A stretch of 64,000 nt of DNA from an uncultured Lachnospiraceae bacterium (GTDB lineage Bacteria; Bacillota; Clostridia; Lachnospirales; Lachnospiraceae): contig CAMNTM010000010.1 of NCBI GenBank assembly GCA_946558465.1, positions 1,574-65,573 of the forward strand, in the 5' to 3' direction. Below, in pieces: positions 39,342 through 48,082 of the stretch (within the stretch, counting starts at the first letter, position 1; the number at the start of each line of letters is the position of its first letter). Made by a program: the position numbers and the translations under genes. The notes beneath the pieces were generated by a model. The model was not told the DNA's origin. It worked only from the letters and a program-made list of their open reading frames with translations, and did no database searches.

Positions 39342-40946
39342 TTAATCCAGATCAATAAAGTCTATCTTGAACGCATCATCCTTTTCTTCATGACCATGCC
39401 GCTTTTCCGATAAATCATTGATAAGCTCTGACAAATCATCCGGATCTTCCACTGCACCTGCCGGAACGCTGTCACGATAGCTTTTTGTATCGTATCTTTT
39501 CAGCTTTTTATCGGAAAAAATGTCTTCGTCAGGTCTTTTTCCGGAATTTTTCTTAGCAGTATTTCTGCCTGAGCTTCTGGAAGAAGTACGTTGAGATTTC
39601 CCTCTGCCTAAATCAAAATCATCATCCTCAAAATCGTCCTCGTCAAAATCATCATCCTCAAGGTCAGACATATCGAAATCATCGTCCTCAAAATCATCAT
39701 CCTCAAAGTCATCATCCTCAAAATCTGATTTTGCCTTCCTTCCGGTTCCAAATCTCGGTGTGCGTTCCTTCACTGCCGGTTTATTCAGATCCGGCCCGTC
39801 TTCTTCCTCGTCAATTCCATATTCATCATACAAATCATCAAGCTCCAGATTACGGTTACGCAGCTTTACTGCAAGAACAATAATAAGTATCAATGCAAGC
39901 AGACCGCCCAGACCGCCTGCCAATACAATCATCTGAAGATGCTTATCAAAAAAGCTTCTGAGCTTTCCAATCAAACCGCCTTCTTTATTTTCTGCTGTTT
40001 TCTCCGAAGACGCCTCAAATCTCTGATACGTATTTTCTACCGAATCATACTGATAATAGCCTGTTTTTCCACTGTTATTCATGGCATACAAAATATAATA
40101 TCCCTCATGATCTGCATCATGCCATACCGGAAACTTCTTATCATTCAAGGTAAGCTCGCCTTCTTTGTAGGATTTCGGAAGCTTTACCCTCGAAGTATCA
40201 CTTAACACAATAATAGATGTCGTATCTGAAATAACGATCTCTTCATACGGCATAAACGTAGCATCCTCGGAATTATACATATAGAAGTCTCCCGCACCTG
40301 CAGCGTCTAAAAGATAACCCAGATAAATACTGCCTGACTCATTCATAACCATCTGGCGGTCCCTGCCATCCAGACTCATGGTAATTCTCGTATAACCGGA
40401 AGGAATATCTGTATCCGCAAAATTATCGGTAAGAGAAAATGTCTCTCCGTTTACCTCCACCTGTACATCATCTGCACTTGGAGCAGTCGGCTGGACAATC
40501 TTTGACGGGTCCCCTGGTCCGATTGACACTGTAGAATCTCCCTCATCCAAAGACAGAGAGCCGCCGGAACTTGAAGATACAGACATATTGGAAATCGTCA
40601 CCTTAGCACTGCCTTCGGCCAATGCCTGAAACGTCATTGTGAAGGAAGCCTCCGAAGAACCGCCGGAATCTGTACAGGTAATAGAACCATCTCCGTTTTG
40701 AGAGACACCGTCGCTGCCGGAATCAAATCTAAGAGAAGCGCTGTCATAGCTTAACTCAAGCTCTACATCTCCAAGACTGCCTGCAGAAGAACGCACCACA
40801 CATTTTACCTCAACCATCTCTCCGACTTCCGTCTCAGGGTCTGTAAACGTAATACTGCCGTCTGCTGCATAAACAACTACGGAAAAGCATGACACAGTCA
40901 AAGCCAACGCCAAAAATACAGCACTGATTTTCTTAATTATCTTCAT
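39342..40946 (-). CDS. type I membrane protein with signal peptide, cohesin-like Ig domain, middle domain, one TM helix and a (DDDFE)n acidic cytoplasmic tail
   Basis: Signal peptide MKIIKKISAVFLALALTVSCFSVVVYA. GSITFTDPETEVGEMVEVKCVV...VELELSYDSASLRF resembles a cohesin/Ig-like module. The TM helix is MIVLAGGLGGLLALILIIVLAV. The tail is DDDFEDDDFEDDDFDMSDLEDDDFDEDDFEDDDFD. Confidence 0.6.
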   Translation of the reverse strand: MKIIKKISAVFLALALTVSCFSVVVYAADGSITFTDPETEVGEMVEVKCVVRSSAGSLGDVELELSYDSASLRFDSGSDGVSQNGDGSITCTDSGGSSEASFTMTFQALAEGSAKVTISNMSVSSSSGGSLSLDEGDSTVSIGPGDPSKIVQPTAPSADDVQVEVNGETFSLTDNFADTDIPSGYTRITMSLDGRDRQMVMNESGSIYLGYLLDAAGAGDFYMYNSEDATFMPYEEIVISDTTSIIVLSDTSRVKLPKSYKEGELTLNDKKFPVWHDADHEGYYILYAMNNSGKTGYYQYDSVENTYQRFEASSEKTAENKEGGLIGKLRSFFDKHLQMIVLAGGLGGLLALILIIVLAVKLRNRNLELDDLYDEYGIDEEEDGPDLNKPAVKERTPRFGTGRKAKSDFEDDDFEDDDFEDDDFDMSDLEDDDFDEDDFEDDDFDLGRGKSQRTSSRSSGRNTAKKNSGKRPDEDIFSDKKLKRYDTKSYRDSVPAGAVEDPDDLSELINDLSEKRHGHEEKDDAFKIDFIDLD

Positions 40947-41059
40947 GTTCTTATCCTCTTTCTCTTATAAATAGAATTATGATACCAGGGCAAAATAAAT
41001 TTGACCCTTATTGTCGTATAAAGATATATTAGCATATTTCAAGGCATTTGACAAAGAAT

Positions 41060-42265
41060 TTATTCCTCTTCTTCTAATCCGGATATAATAGGAACACCAG
41101 AATCACTCTTATTTTCTTCGTCTCCGGATTCCTCCTCTAAAGCTTCCTGGGATTTTAAATACTCTTCCATATCAGCCGGCCGCACAACACCTGTCAGATA
41201 AGAGATATCCGCCGATATCTGGCTTACCGTCTTGGAAGGATAATACTTTTCTTCGTTCGGATACAGGAATTCATGCAGCTCCTCCACATTTTCTTCCATC
41301 CCAAGCGCAATAACGATGCTTCCAACGCTCTGATAACTTCCATCTGTCTTTTCGAATGGAAAACCGGCACTTTCACCAAGCTCATATTTGGTCATACCAG
41401 CCGCCAGTTCAATCAGCTCGGCCAGCGTAAAACTGGTAGAAACCTGTGGGAATACGGTGTCAATAATTTCATTGATTGTGGAAAGATTCGTGTGAATAAC
41501 CTTTTCGAAGAGCTTTTCGATTACCAGACGCTGCCTTTCTGTCCTCGTATAATCTCCGCCTTCTGTAGAACGAATCCTCGCATAGGTCACCGCCTGAGCA
41601 CCATCTAAATGCTGCTCACCCGAATGAGAGATAAAGTTTGCCTCCGTTCCGGCCACATCGGCAGTCTCCTGCAGGAATTCATTCATATACTGAACCTCTT
41701 CCTCCTTAATCTCAATGTCCAGTCCTCCAAGCAAATCAATCGTATCAACCAAAGCCTTAAAATCTACAGTCGCATAATCCTCGATATCCAGATCCAGATT
41801 CCGATTCAGCATATTAATCGCCTCCTTAGGACCTCCTCTAAAATACGCCTGATTAGCCTTATGATAAGATCTGTCCTCCTGCTGTACAAAAGCATCCCTA
41901 TAAATAGATGCCATACGGATTTCTTTCGTCTGGTTATCAACAGACGCTATAATAATCGTATCTGCATGCGTACCTTCTTCCAGCTGTCCATCTCTGGAAT
42001 CTCCGCCGAACAACGCAACCGTCATATAGCCCTCCTGCGAAACGCCATCATTAATCTCAATTTCATCCTTATCAATCGTTACGGTCTGAAACTTATTGTA
42101 CTTTGCCATTACATAAACGGTTCCCAGTAAGAGTGCAAGTATAAACACCTCCAGCACCAGTATGGCAATTCTTTTTTTCTTTCTGCTTTTGCGCTTTTTC
42201 CTGGCCTTGGCCGCCTGCGCTGCTGTCAATTGTTTTTGTTTCTTCCTTGCCATAAACAGCCCCAT
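41060..42265 (-). CDS. LytR-CpsA-Psr (LCP) family glycopolymer-peptidoglycan ligase
   Basis: A basic N-terminus plus one TM helix. LCP core motifs include ALFGGDSRD, HADTIIIASV and YARIRSTEGGDYTRTERQR. ATG 42253 is an alternative start. Confidence 0.9.
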   Translation of the reverse strand: MGLFMARKKQKQLTAAQAAKARKKRKSRKKKRIAILVLEVFILALLLGTVYVMAKYNKFQTVTIDKDEIEINDGVSQEGYMTVALFGGDSRDGQLEEGTHADTIIIASVDNQTKEIRMASIYRDAFVQQEDRSYHKANQAYFRGGPKEAINMLNRNLDLDIEDYATVDFKALVDTIDLLGGLDIEIKEEEVQYMNEFLQETADVAGTEANFISHSGEQHLDGAQAVTYARIRSTEGGDYTRTERQRLVIEKLFEKVIHTNLSTINEIIDTVFPQVSTSFTLAELIELAAGMTKYELGESAGFPFEKTDGSYQSVGSIVIALGMEENVEELHEFLYPNEEKYYPSKTVSQISADISYLTGVVRPADMEEYLKSQEALEEESGDEENKSDSGVPIISGLEEEE

Positions 42266-42326
42266 TTCTTTCGTAATCTATTATAACGAACTTTGAATCA
42301 TCTTTGTGCCGGCCGCAGCCCGGCTG

Positions 42327-43433
42327 CTAAGCCTTACACTCTAAAACCTCTTCTACGGTCTTTAAAGCTTCCGCTACAACATGATGCATATCATAGTAAC
42401 GATATTTTCCAAGCCTGCCGCCAAACACAACATTCTTCTCCTGTTTGGCTTTATCTGCATATTTTTGATACAATGCCTGATTTCTCTCATTATTCACCGG
42501 ATAGTACGGCTCGTCCCCTCGTTTCCAGGCTGTCGGATATTCACGAGAAATAATCGTCTCTGGCTGCGTACCAAACTCAAAATGCTTATGCTCAATTATA
42601 CGGGTATAAGGAACTTCATATTCGGTAAAATTAACAACTGCATTTCCCTGATAATTCTCCTGCTCAAGAAGTTCTGTCTCAAAACGTACGGAACGGTACT
42701 CCAGCTCCCCATACTGATAGTCAAAATATGCATCTATCGGGCCGGTATAGATAACCTTATGCGCCAGCTTTTTTAGTTCATCCCGACACTTCAGATAATC
42801 TGTACTAAGTCTGACTTCAATGCCCTTCAGCATTTTCTCAATAATCTGCGTATAGCCGCCTATAGGTATCCCCTGATAGAGGTCATTAAAATAATTATTG
42901 TCATAAGTAAAACGAACCGGGAGACGTCTTATAATCTCTGGCGGAAGCTCCGTGGCCTTACGTCCCCACTGCTTCTCCGTATAACCTTTTACAAGCTTTT
43001 CATAAATGTCTCTTCCCACAAGACTAATCGCCTGTTCCTCAAGATTTCTTGGGACTTCCGTCCCATACTCTTTCTTTTGCTCTTCAATTCGAGCCTTTGC
43101 CTCCTCAGGTGTGATAACTCCCCACATTTTATGAAAGGTATTCATGTTAAAGGGCATATTATAAATCTCTCCTTTATAATATGCAACAGGGCTGTTTGTA
43201 TACCTGTTGAAATCCGTAAACTGCTGGATATAATCCCACACCTCTTTATTGCTGGTGTGAAAAATATGCGCTCCATAACAATGTACCTGAATTCCCTTTA
43301 TCTCCTCCGTATAAATATTACCGCCAACATGATTTCGTTTTTCTACAACAAGACAGCGTTTTCCCCGCTTTTTCGCTTCATACGCAAAAATAGAACCAAA
43401 CAATCCAGATCCTGCGATTAAAAAGTCATACAT
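42327..43433 (-). CDS. glf: UDP-galactopyranose mutase
   Basis: MYDFLIAGSGLFGS (FAD fold), GGNIYTE and GRLGKYRYYDMH. The track start at 43445 is TTG. The ATG at 43433 matches the Glf N-terminus. Confidence 0.95.
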   Translation of the reverse strand: MYDFLIAGSGLFGSIFAYEAKKRGKRCLVVEKRNHVGGNIYTEEIKGIQVHCYGAHIFHTSNKEVWDYIQQFTDFNRYTNSPVAYYKGEIYNMPFNMNTFHKMWGVITPEEAKARIEEQKKEYGTEVPRNLEEQAISLVGRDIYEKLVKGYTEKQWGRKATELPPEIIRRLPVRFTYDNNYFNDLYQGIPIGGYTQIIEKMLKGIEVRLSTDYLKCRDELKKLAHKVIYTGPIDAYFDYQYGELEYRSVRFETELLEQENYQGNAVVNFTEYEVPYTRIIEHKHFEFGTQPETIISREYPTAWKRGDEPYYPVNNERNQALYQKYADKAKQEKNVVFGGRLGKYRYYDMHHVVAEALKTVEEVLECKA

Positions 43434-43446
43434 ATTTTCTTCCAAT

Positions 43447-44958
43447 TTATCCTTTCAAATTTTTTACTCTCTGCAGCACCACCTTAAATTCCTCTGGTTC
43501 ACATATAAAATTAACCAGTAAAAGGCAAATTAATGCTGCTCCTGCAGTTACAACCGCATATACACACCATATAAAGAAGGAATACATCTGCTGGGGAACC
43601 AGCATATAGCAGAATCCCATCGTCATTAATGAAACAACCAGATTTCTGATTATTCTTCTAAAAGTAAGGCCTCCTGAATCCTTCACAAGAAATTTCCTAT
43701 TATACAAAATAATTTCTATGGAACGATACGCATAAGAACAGACTGTCCCAAATAATACCCCGTTGATTCCCCATCTCCATACTAAAAACAGCGAAACCAC
43801 AATATTAATAACTGCCTCCAATACTGCCTGATATCTGGTTTCCTGAAAATGTCCCGCTGCACAGATAATTGTAAGTCCCGGCATACGTATATTTTGAAGA
43901 AGAATAATTATCGTAAAAAGTACTGCAGATATCGGTCTGATATAATCTGCATCTGAAACATTCAAGGTATATACCATAACAAAAGGAATTAACAGAACTC
44001 CCGTACACACAAATATGCAGAATAAAATAAGCATGTATATATATTCATAGTTTGAAAAGCTACGTTTTAATGTGTCCTCTTCCTTTTTCGAAATCACTTC
44101 TCCAAACCCGGCTGTCAGTCCATCTGAAAAGGAGGTCAGCATCGTATTAACAGCATAAGATACCATATTATAGATTCCATATACACTCACCTCAATCAGT
44201 GAATTTGCACCAAGACAAATTGTAAGAAGAACGACATCCGTATTATTTACAACAGCACCTACAATCTGATGCAGAAGCGCTGCGCCTCGTTGTCCAAGTC
44301 CCTCCATTTTCGCCTTTTCAGAAAAGCTTACCTCTGGATATTCCCTCTTAACATACAATTTTACAACAAAAAACCGCAACATATACACAAAAGTCGCCGC
44401 TGCTTTAACAATAAGCACTTCCGCATGCCTGGTTATCAAAAAAATACTGACTGCTATATTCAAAGCAGTCCCTGCAGCCTGAATATATGCAATGACATAT
44501 CCTCTCTGATCTGCAGCCAAAAGCACTTTATATTTCCCAAGAAATAGATAATCTACCAGTGTACTGCTTGCAAGTATTAAAATCATCATTCGAACAAGCC
44601 CGACACTCAGCTGTCCGGTAATCAGATATGGATAAACAAATGTAAAGCCGACAACCAGCGTCCCAAAAATAAAACCTGAACGATTATAAAATCTCCTTGT
44701 AGCAGATAAAATAGCATTTGTCTCCTTCTGGTCTCCTGCTGCCAAAGGTCCATACAAGGCAACCATGGAGGCTGTTCCTACCCCGGCCTCCGCCAGACCA
44801 AGATAAACCAGAAACTGATTTACCGATGTCACCATACCGTTTATGCTTGAGCCGTATTCCATTAAAAAGAAGCGCGGAAGGATAATCCCCGATAAAAATA
44901 TAATTCCCTGCAGAATAATATTGGCAACTGTATTTCTAACTGCTTTTTTACTTCTCAT
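43447..44958 (-). CDS. Wzx-like oligosaccharide flippase (MOP superfamily)
   Basis: About 500 aa with 12-14 helices and a typical polysaccharide-biosynthesis-protein N-terminus KAVRNTVANIILQGIIFLSGIILPRF. ATG 44958 follows GAGGG. Confidence 0.85.
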   Translation of the reverse strand: MRSKKAVRNTVANIILQGIIFLSGIILPRFFLMEYGSSINGMVTSVNQFLVYLGLAEAGVGTASMVALYGPLAAGDQKETNAILSATRRFYNRSGFIFGTLVVGFTFVYPYLITGQLSVGLVRMMILILASSTLVDYLFLGKYKVLLAADQRGYVIAYIQAAGTALNIAVSIFLITRHAEVLIVKAAATFVYMLRFFVVKLYVKREYPEVSFSEKAKMEGLGQRGAALLHQIVGAVVNNTDVVLLTICLGANSLIEVSVYGIYNMVSYAVNTMLTSFSDGLTAGFGEVISKKEEDTLKRSFSNYEYIYMLILFCIFVCTGVLLIPFVMVYTLNVSDADYIRPISAVLFTIIILLQNIRMPGLTIICAAGHFQETRYQAVLEAVINIVVSLFLVWRWGINGVLFGTVCSYAYRSIEIILYNRKFLVKDSGGLTFRRIIRNLVVSLMTMGFCYMLVPQQMYSFFIWCVYAVVTAGAALICLLLVNFICEPEEFKVVLQRVKNLKG

Positions 44959-46036
44959 ACAAACCCTCAATCAGATTTATCCACTGTTTCAATATAGCTT
45001 CCTTACCAAATTTCCCCTTCTTACCCTGATGTTCAGAAAATCTTATTCTTTTTTCTTCATTGGACATTAATTCCTCTATCCGATCTGCCATATTTTCCAA
45101 ATTATATGGGGGAATGAGATAACCGTTTTTCCCATCCTCAATAATCTCATTAGGGCCTGTCTCAATGTCAAAGCTGATCATAGGAAGTCCTAGAGCCATC
45201 GCCTCAAGAAGAACCAGGGGAAGTCCCTCGCGGTAAGAGGGAAGAACAAAAAATGCATATTCAGGATACAACCGGTATGCATTTTTTACATTTCCTTTTA
45301 ATATTAACTGCCCACTCAAACCACATTCCTCGACTGCTGCTGAAATCTCATCAAACACCTCTCCGGTCCCGTAGACATGCCACTGCCAATGCGGATGTCT
45401 GGGAAGCACTTTTTTGGCTGTCTGTACAAGCATATCATACCCTTTTTCTCTTCCAAACCTGCCCACTGATATTATTTTATGACTCTGGATATCATAGGGC
45501 CTTTTTGCGCAAAGCACTTCTTCTGAAATCCAATTATATATGCACTGCACCTTTCCCGGCTTTATATGAAACCTTTTTATATAATCTTTTCTTGTCTTTT
45601 TTGTCAGTACTACAATCTTGTGTGCTGTAACTGCGGCCCAGAAGCGAATCGCTGTAATATCCTTTTTCTCCCACTCATTCATAAGACCGCCATGATCGCA
45701 GAATACATATTTCGCCTTCGTAAAAAACCTGGAGGGTGATACGACAAGCGCCGGATAATTTCCCATCAATAAAATCATATCTATCTGAAAAGCATTCACG
45801 AAATGAATAAACTGACAAAAATTACCCATTATCATTTCCCGGAGTCTTGTGTTTCCTGACTGCCCCTTTACAATATGAATCCGACTGTCCAGGCTGTAGG
45901 CCGGCTCACCTTCCGGATTAATTTCATAAATAAACACTTTATAATATTTACACAACTCATTTGCCAAAGAAGCAGTAACTTGCTCCACACCGCCTGTGAC
46001 AGACATACTGAAATCCACAAAACATATTCTCTTCAT
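44948..46036 (-). CDS. glycosyltransferase family 4 (GT-B)
   Basis: The EX7E region PSYREGLPLVLLEAMALGLPMISFD, with an N-terminal GGVEQV. Confidence 0.88.
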   Translation of the reverse strand: MKRICFVDFSMSVTGGVEQVTASLANELCKYYKVFIYEINPEGEPAYSLDSRIHIVKGQSGNTRLREMIMGNFCQFIHFVNAFQIDMILLMGNYPALVVSPSRFFTKAKYVFCDHGGLMNEWEKKDITAIRFWAAVTAHKIVVLTKKTRKDYIKRFHIKPGKVQCIYNWISEEVLCAKRPYDIQSHKIISVGRFGREKGYDMLVQTAKKVLPRHPHWQWHVYGTGEVFDEISAAVEECGLSGQLILKGNVKNAYRLYPEYAFFVLPSYREGLPLVLLEAMALGLPMISFDIETGPNEIIEDGKNGYLIPPYNLENMADRIEELMSNEEKRIRFSEHQGKKGKFGKEAILKQWINLIEGLYEK

Positions 46037-46079
46037 GACTTCTATGCCCCCTGAGAAAACATACCTACTGTATACAAAC

Positions 46080-47906
46080 CTACTCTACCGTGACAGACTT
46101 TGCAAGATTTCTCGGCTTATCCACATCACAGCCGCGCCCGACTGCCACATAGTATCCGAGCAGCTGTAATGGTATGATTGCCAGCGAATTTGTAAAATAT
46201 TTGTTCGTCTCTGGTATATAAATCACATAATCTGCAGCACGTTCTGCCTCCGTATTTCCTTCCATTGTAACAGCCATAACAAATGCTCCCCTTGTCTGTA
46301 CCTCAACCATGTTGCTGATCATCTTTTTAAACAAATCCTTCTGTGTCAGGACAGAAACTACCAGCGTCCCTTCTTCTACCAGCGATATAGTTCCATGCTT
46401 CAACTCTCCCGCCGCATATGCCTCCGAATGAATGTAGGACACTTCTTTTAATTTCAAAGAGCCTTCCAGAGAAATTGCATAATCAATTCCCCGTCCGATA
46501 AAGAAAATATCCTTTGCTGCCAAATAACGATTGGCAAATTTCTGAATCCGTTCTTTGTTATTTAAAAGCATTTCCACCTGAGCCGGCAGTGCTTTTAAAT
46601 CCTCCAACATATCTGCCAGATCACTGTCATCTATGCATCCCTTTGTATACGCGAACTTCATGGCAAGCAGATACAACGCAATCAAATGTGCTGAGTAAGC
46701 CTTCGTTGTTGCTACCGCAATCTCCGGACCCGCCCACGTATACATTACATTATCTGCTTCTCTCGCAATGGAGCTTCCCACCACATTTACAATGCCAAGC
46801 ACCCTCGCACCCTGCTTTTTCGATTCTCGAAGAGCCGCCAATGTATCTGCCGTCTCGCCTGACTGACTGATAACTATCACCATAGTTCCCTCTTCCAGAA
46901 TCGGATTTCGATACCGGAATTCTGATGCAAGATCTACCTCCACAGGAATCCGGGCCAATCCCTCAAATACATATTTACTCGTGACACCTGTATGATAAGC
47001 GGATCCACAGGCAACAATCATAATCTTTTTTACCGCTTTTATTTCCTCGTCAGACATATTCAGCTCATCAATTACAATCCTTCCGTCCTTTACTCTTGGT
47101 GAAAATGTATCCGTGATTGCTTTTGGCTGTTCGTACATCTCTTTCAGCATAAAGTGCTCGTACCCGCCTTTTTCGGCGGCATTCACGTCCCATTCGATTC
47201 TTACAGATTCCTTCTCAATCGGTTCTTCATCCACATTAAAGAACTCCATTGTATTCTCCGTCATCTGTACGATCTCTTCATTTTCAATAAAGTAAACCTC
47301 TCTCGTATGCTTGAGAACCGCCGGAACATCTGACGCTATAATATTTCCGCCATCCGTATGTCCCACAATCAGCGGACTATCCTTACGGACTGCAAACAGC
47401 TGGTCTGGATGGGCTTTAAAAATAATCCCAAGCGCGTACGATCCCTCCATACGATGCATAATCTTTGTAATCGCCTGAAGCGGATTCCCGGTATAATAAT
47501 AGTCTAATAGATGGGCTATCACCTCTGTGTCTGTATCGGATACAAATTCGTAGCCTTTCTTTTGAAGCTTCTTTTTTAATTTCAGATAGTTTTCAATAAT
47601 TCCATTATGTACAACTACGATGCTGCCTTCCTTATTAAAATGAGGATGTGCATTCTTGTCTGACGGAGAGCCGTGGGTAGCCCAGCGTGTATGTCCTATT
47701 CCAACTGTTCCTGGAAGCTTCTCGCCGTCATGAGTCAGCTCACTTAACACCTTAAGACGCCCTTTTGACTTTACCATGTCAATCCTCTCACCATTATAAA
47801 CAGCAATTCCTGCCGAATCGTATCCTCTGTATTCTAATTTAGATAATCCCTCTAAAAGAATCGGCGCTGCCTGACGATTTCCGATATAACCTACAATTCC
47901 GCACAT
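46080..47906 (-). CDS. glmS: glutamine--fructose-6-phosphate aminotransferase
   Basis: MCGIVGYIG (the Ntn Cys), two SIS domains, and the C-terminal KPRNLAKSVTVE. ATG 47906 follows GGAGG. Confidence 0.97.
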   Translation of the reverse strand: MCGIVGYIGNRQAAPILLEGLSKLEYRGYDSAGIAVYNGERIDMVKSKGRLKVLSELTHDGEKLPGTVGIGHTRWATHGSPSDKNAHPHFNKEGSIVVVHNGIIENYLKLKKKLQKKGYEFVSDTDTEVIAHLLDYYYTGNPLQAITKIMHRMEGSYALGIIFKAHPDQLFAVRKDSPLIVGHTDGGNIIASDVPAVLKHTREVYFIENEEIVQMTENTMEFFNVDEEPIEKESVRIEWDVNAAEKGGYEHFMLKEMYEQPKAITDTFSPRVKDGRIVIDELNMSDEEIKAVKKIMIVACGSAYHTGVTSKYVFEGLARIPVEVDLASEFRYRNPILEEGTMVIVISQSGETADTLAALRESKKQGARVLGIVNVVGSSIAREADNVMYTWAGPEIAVATTKAYSAHLIALYLLAMKFAYTKGCIDDSDLADMLEDLKALPAQVEMLLNNKERIQKFANRYLAAKDIFFIGRGIDYAISLEGSLKLKEVSYIHSEAYAAGELKHGTISLVEEGTLVVSVLTQKDLFKKMISNMVEVQTRGAFVMAVTMEGNTEAERAADYVIYIPETNKYFTNSLAIIPLQLLGYYVAVGRGCDVDKPRNLAKSVTVE

Positions 47907-47965
47907 ATCCGCTACCTCCATATTTTATATAGCTCATACAAGCTGTCATGTATCTTTTCATTTAC

Positions 47966-47994
47966 TACCAGTAGTCATTGTAACAAATTCTTAA
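47966..47994 (-). promoter_or_regulatory. candidate sigma-A promoter of glmS
   Basis: The minus strand reads TTTACA, a 17-nt spacer, then TACAAT, about 60 nt upstream of glmS. Confidence 0.45.
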
Positions 47995-48011
47995 CAATTT
48001 GTAAACCTTCC

Positions 48012-48054
48012 GCAAAAAATTAAGGCTCTCTACAAATATGTTTTGTAGAAAGCC
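48012..48054 (-). terminator. intrinsic terminator after the second LCP gene
   Basis: The minus strand reads GGCTTTCTACAAA-ACATA-TTTGTAGAGAGCC, a 13-bp stem with one mismatch, followed by TTAATTTTTT. Confidence 0.7.
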
Positions 48055-48082
48055 CTAAAACACCTTTATTATTAATTACATA

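Noticed and set aside
47907-48082. An expected glmS ribozyme upstream of glmS.
   Set aside because: The region is AT-rich and fully accounted for by a terminator, a promoter and the RBS. None of the conserved ribozyme core segments are visible by eye. A covariance-model scan would be the decisive test.
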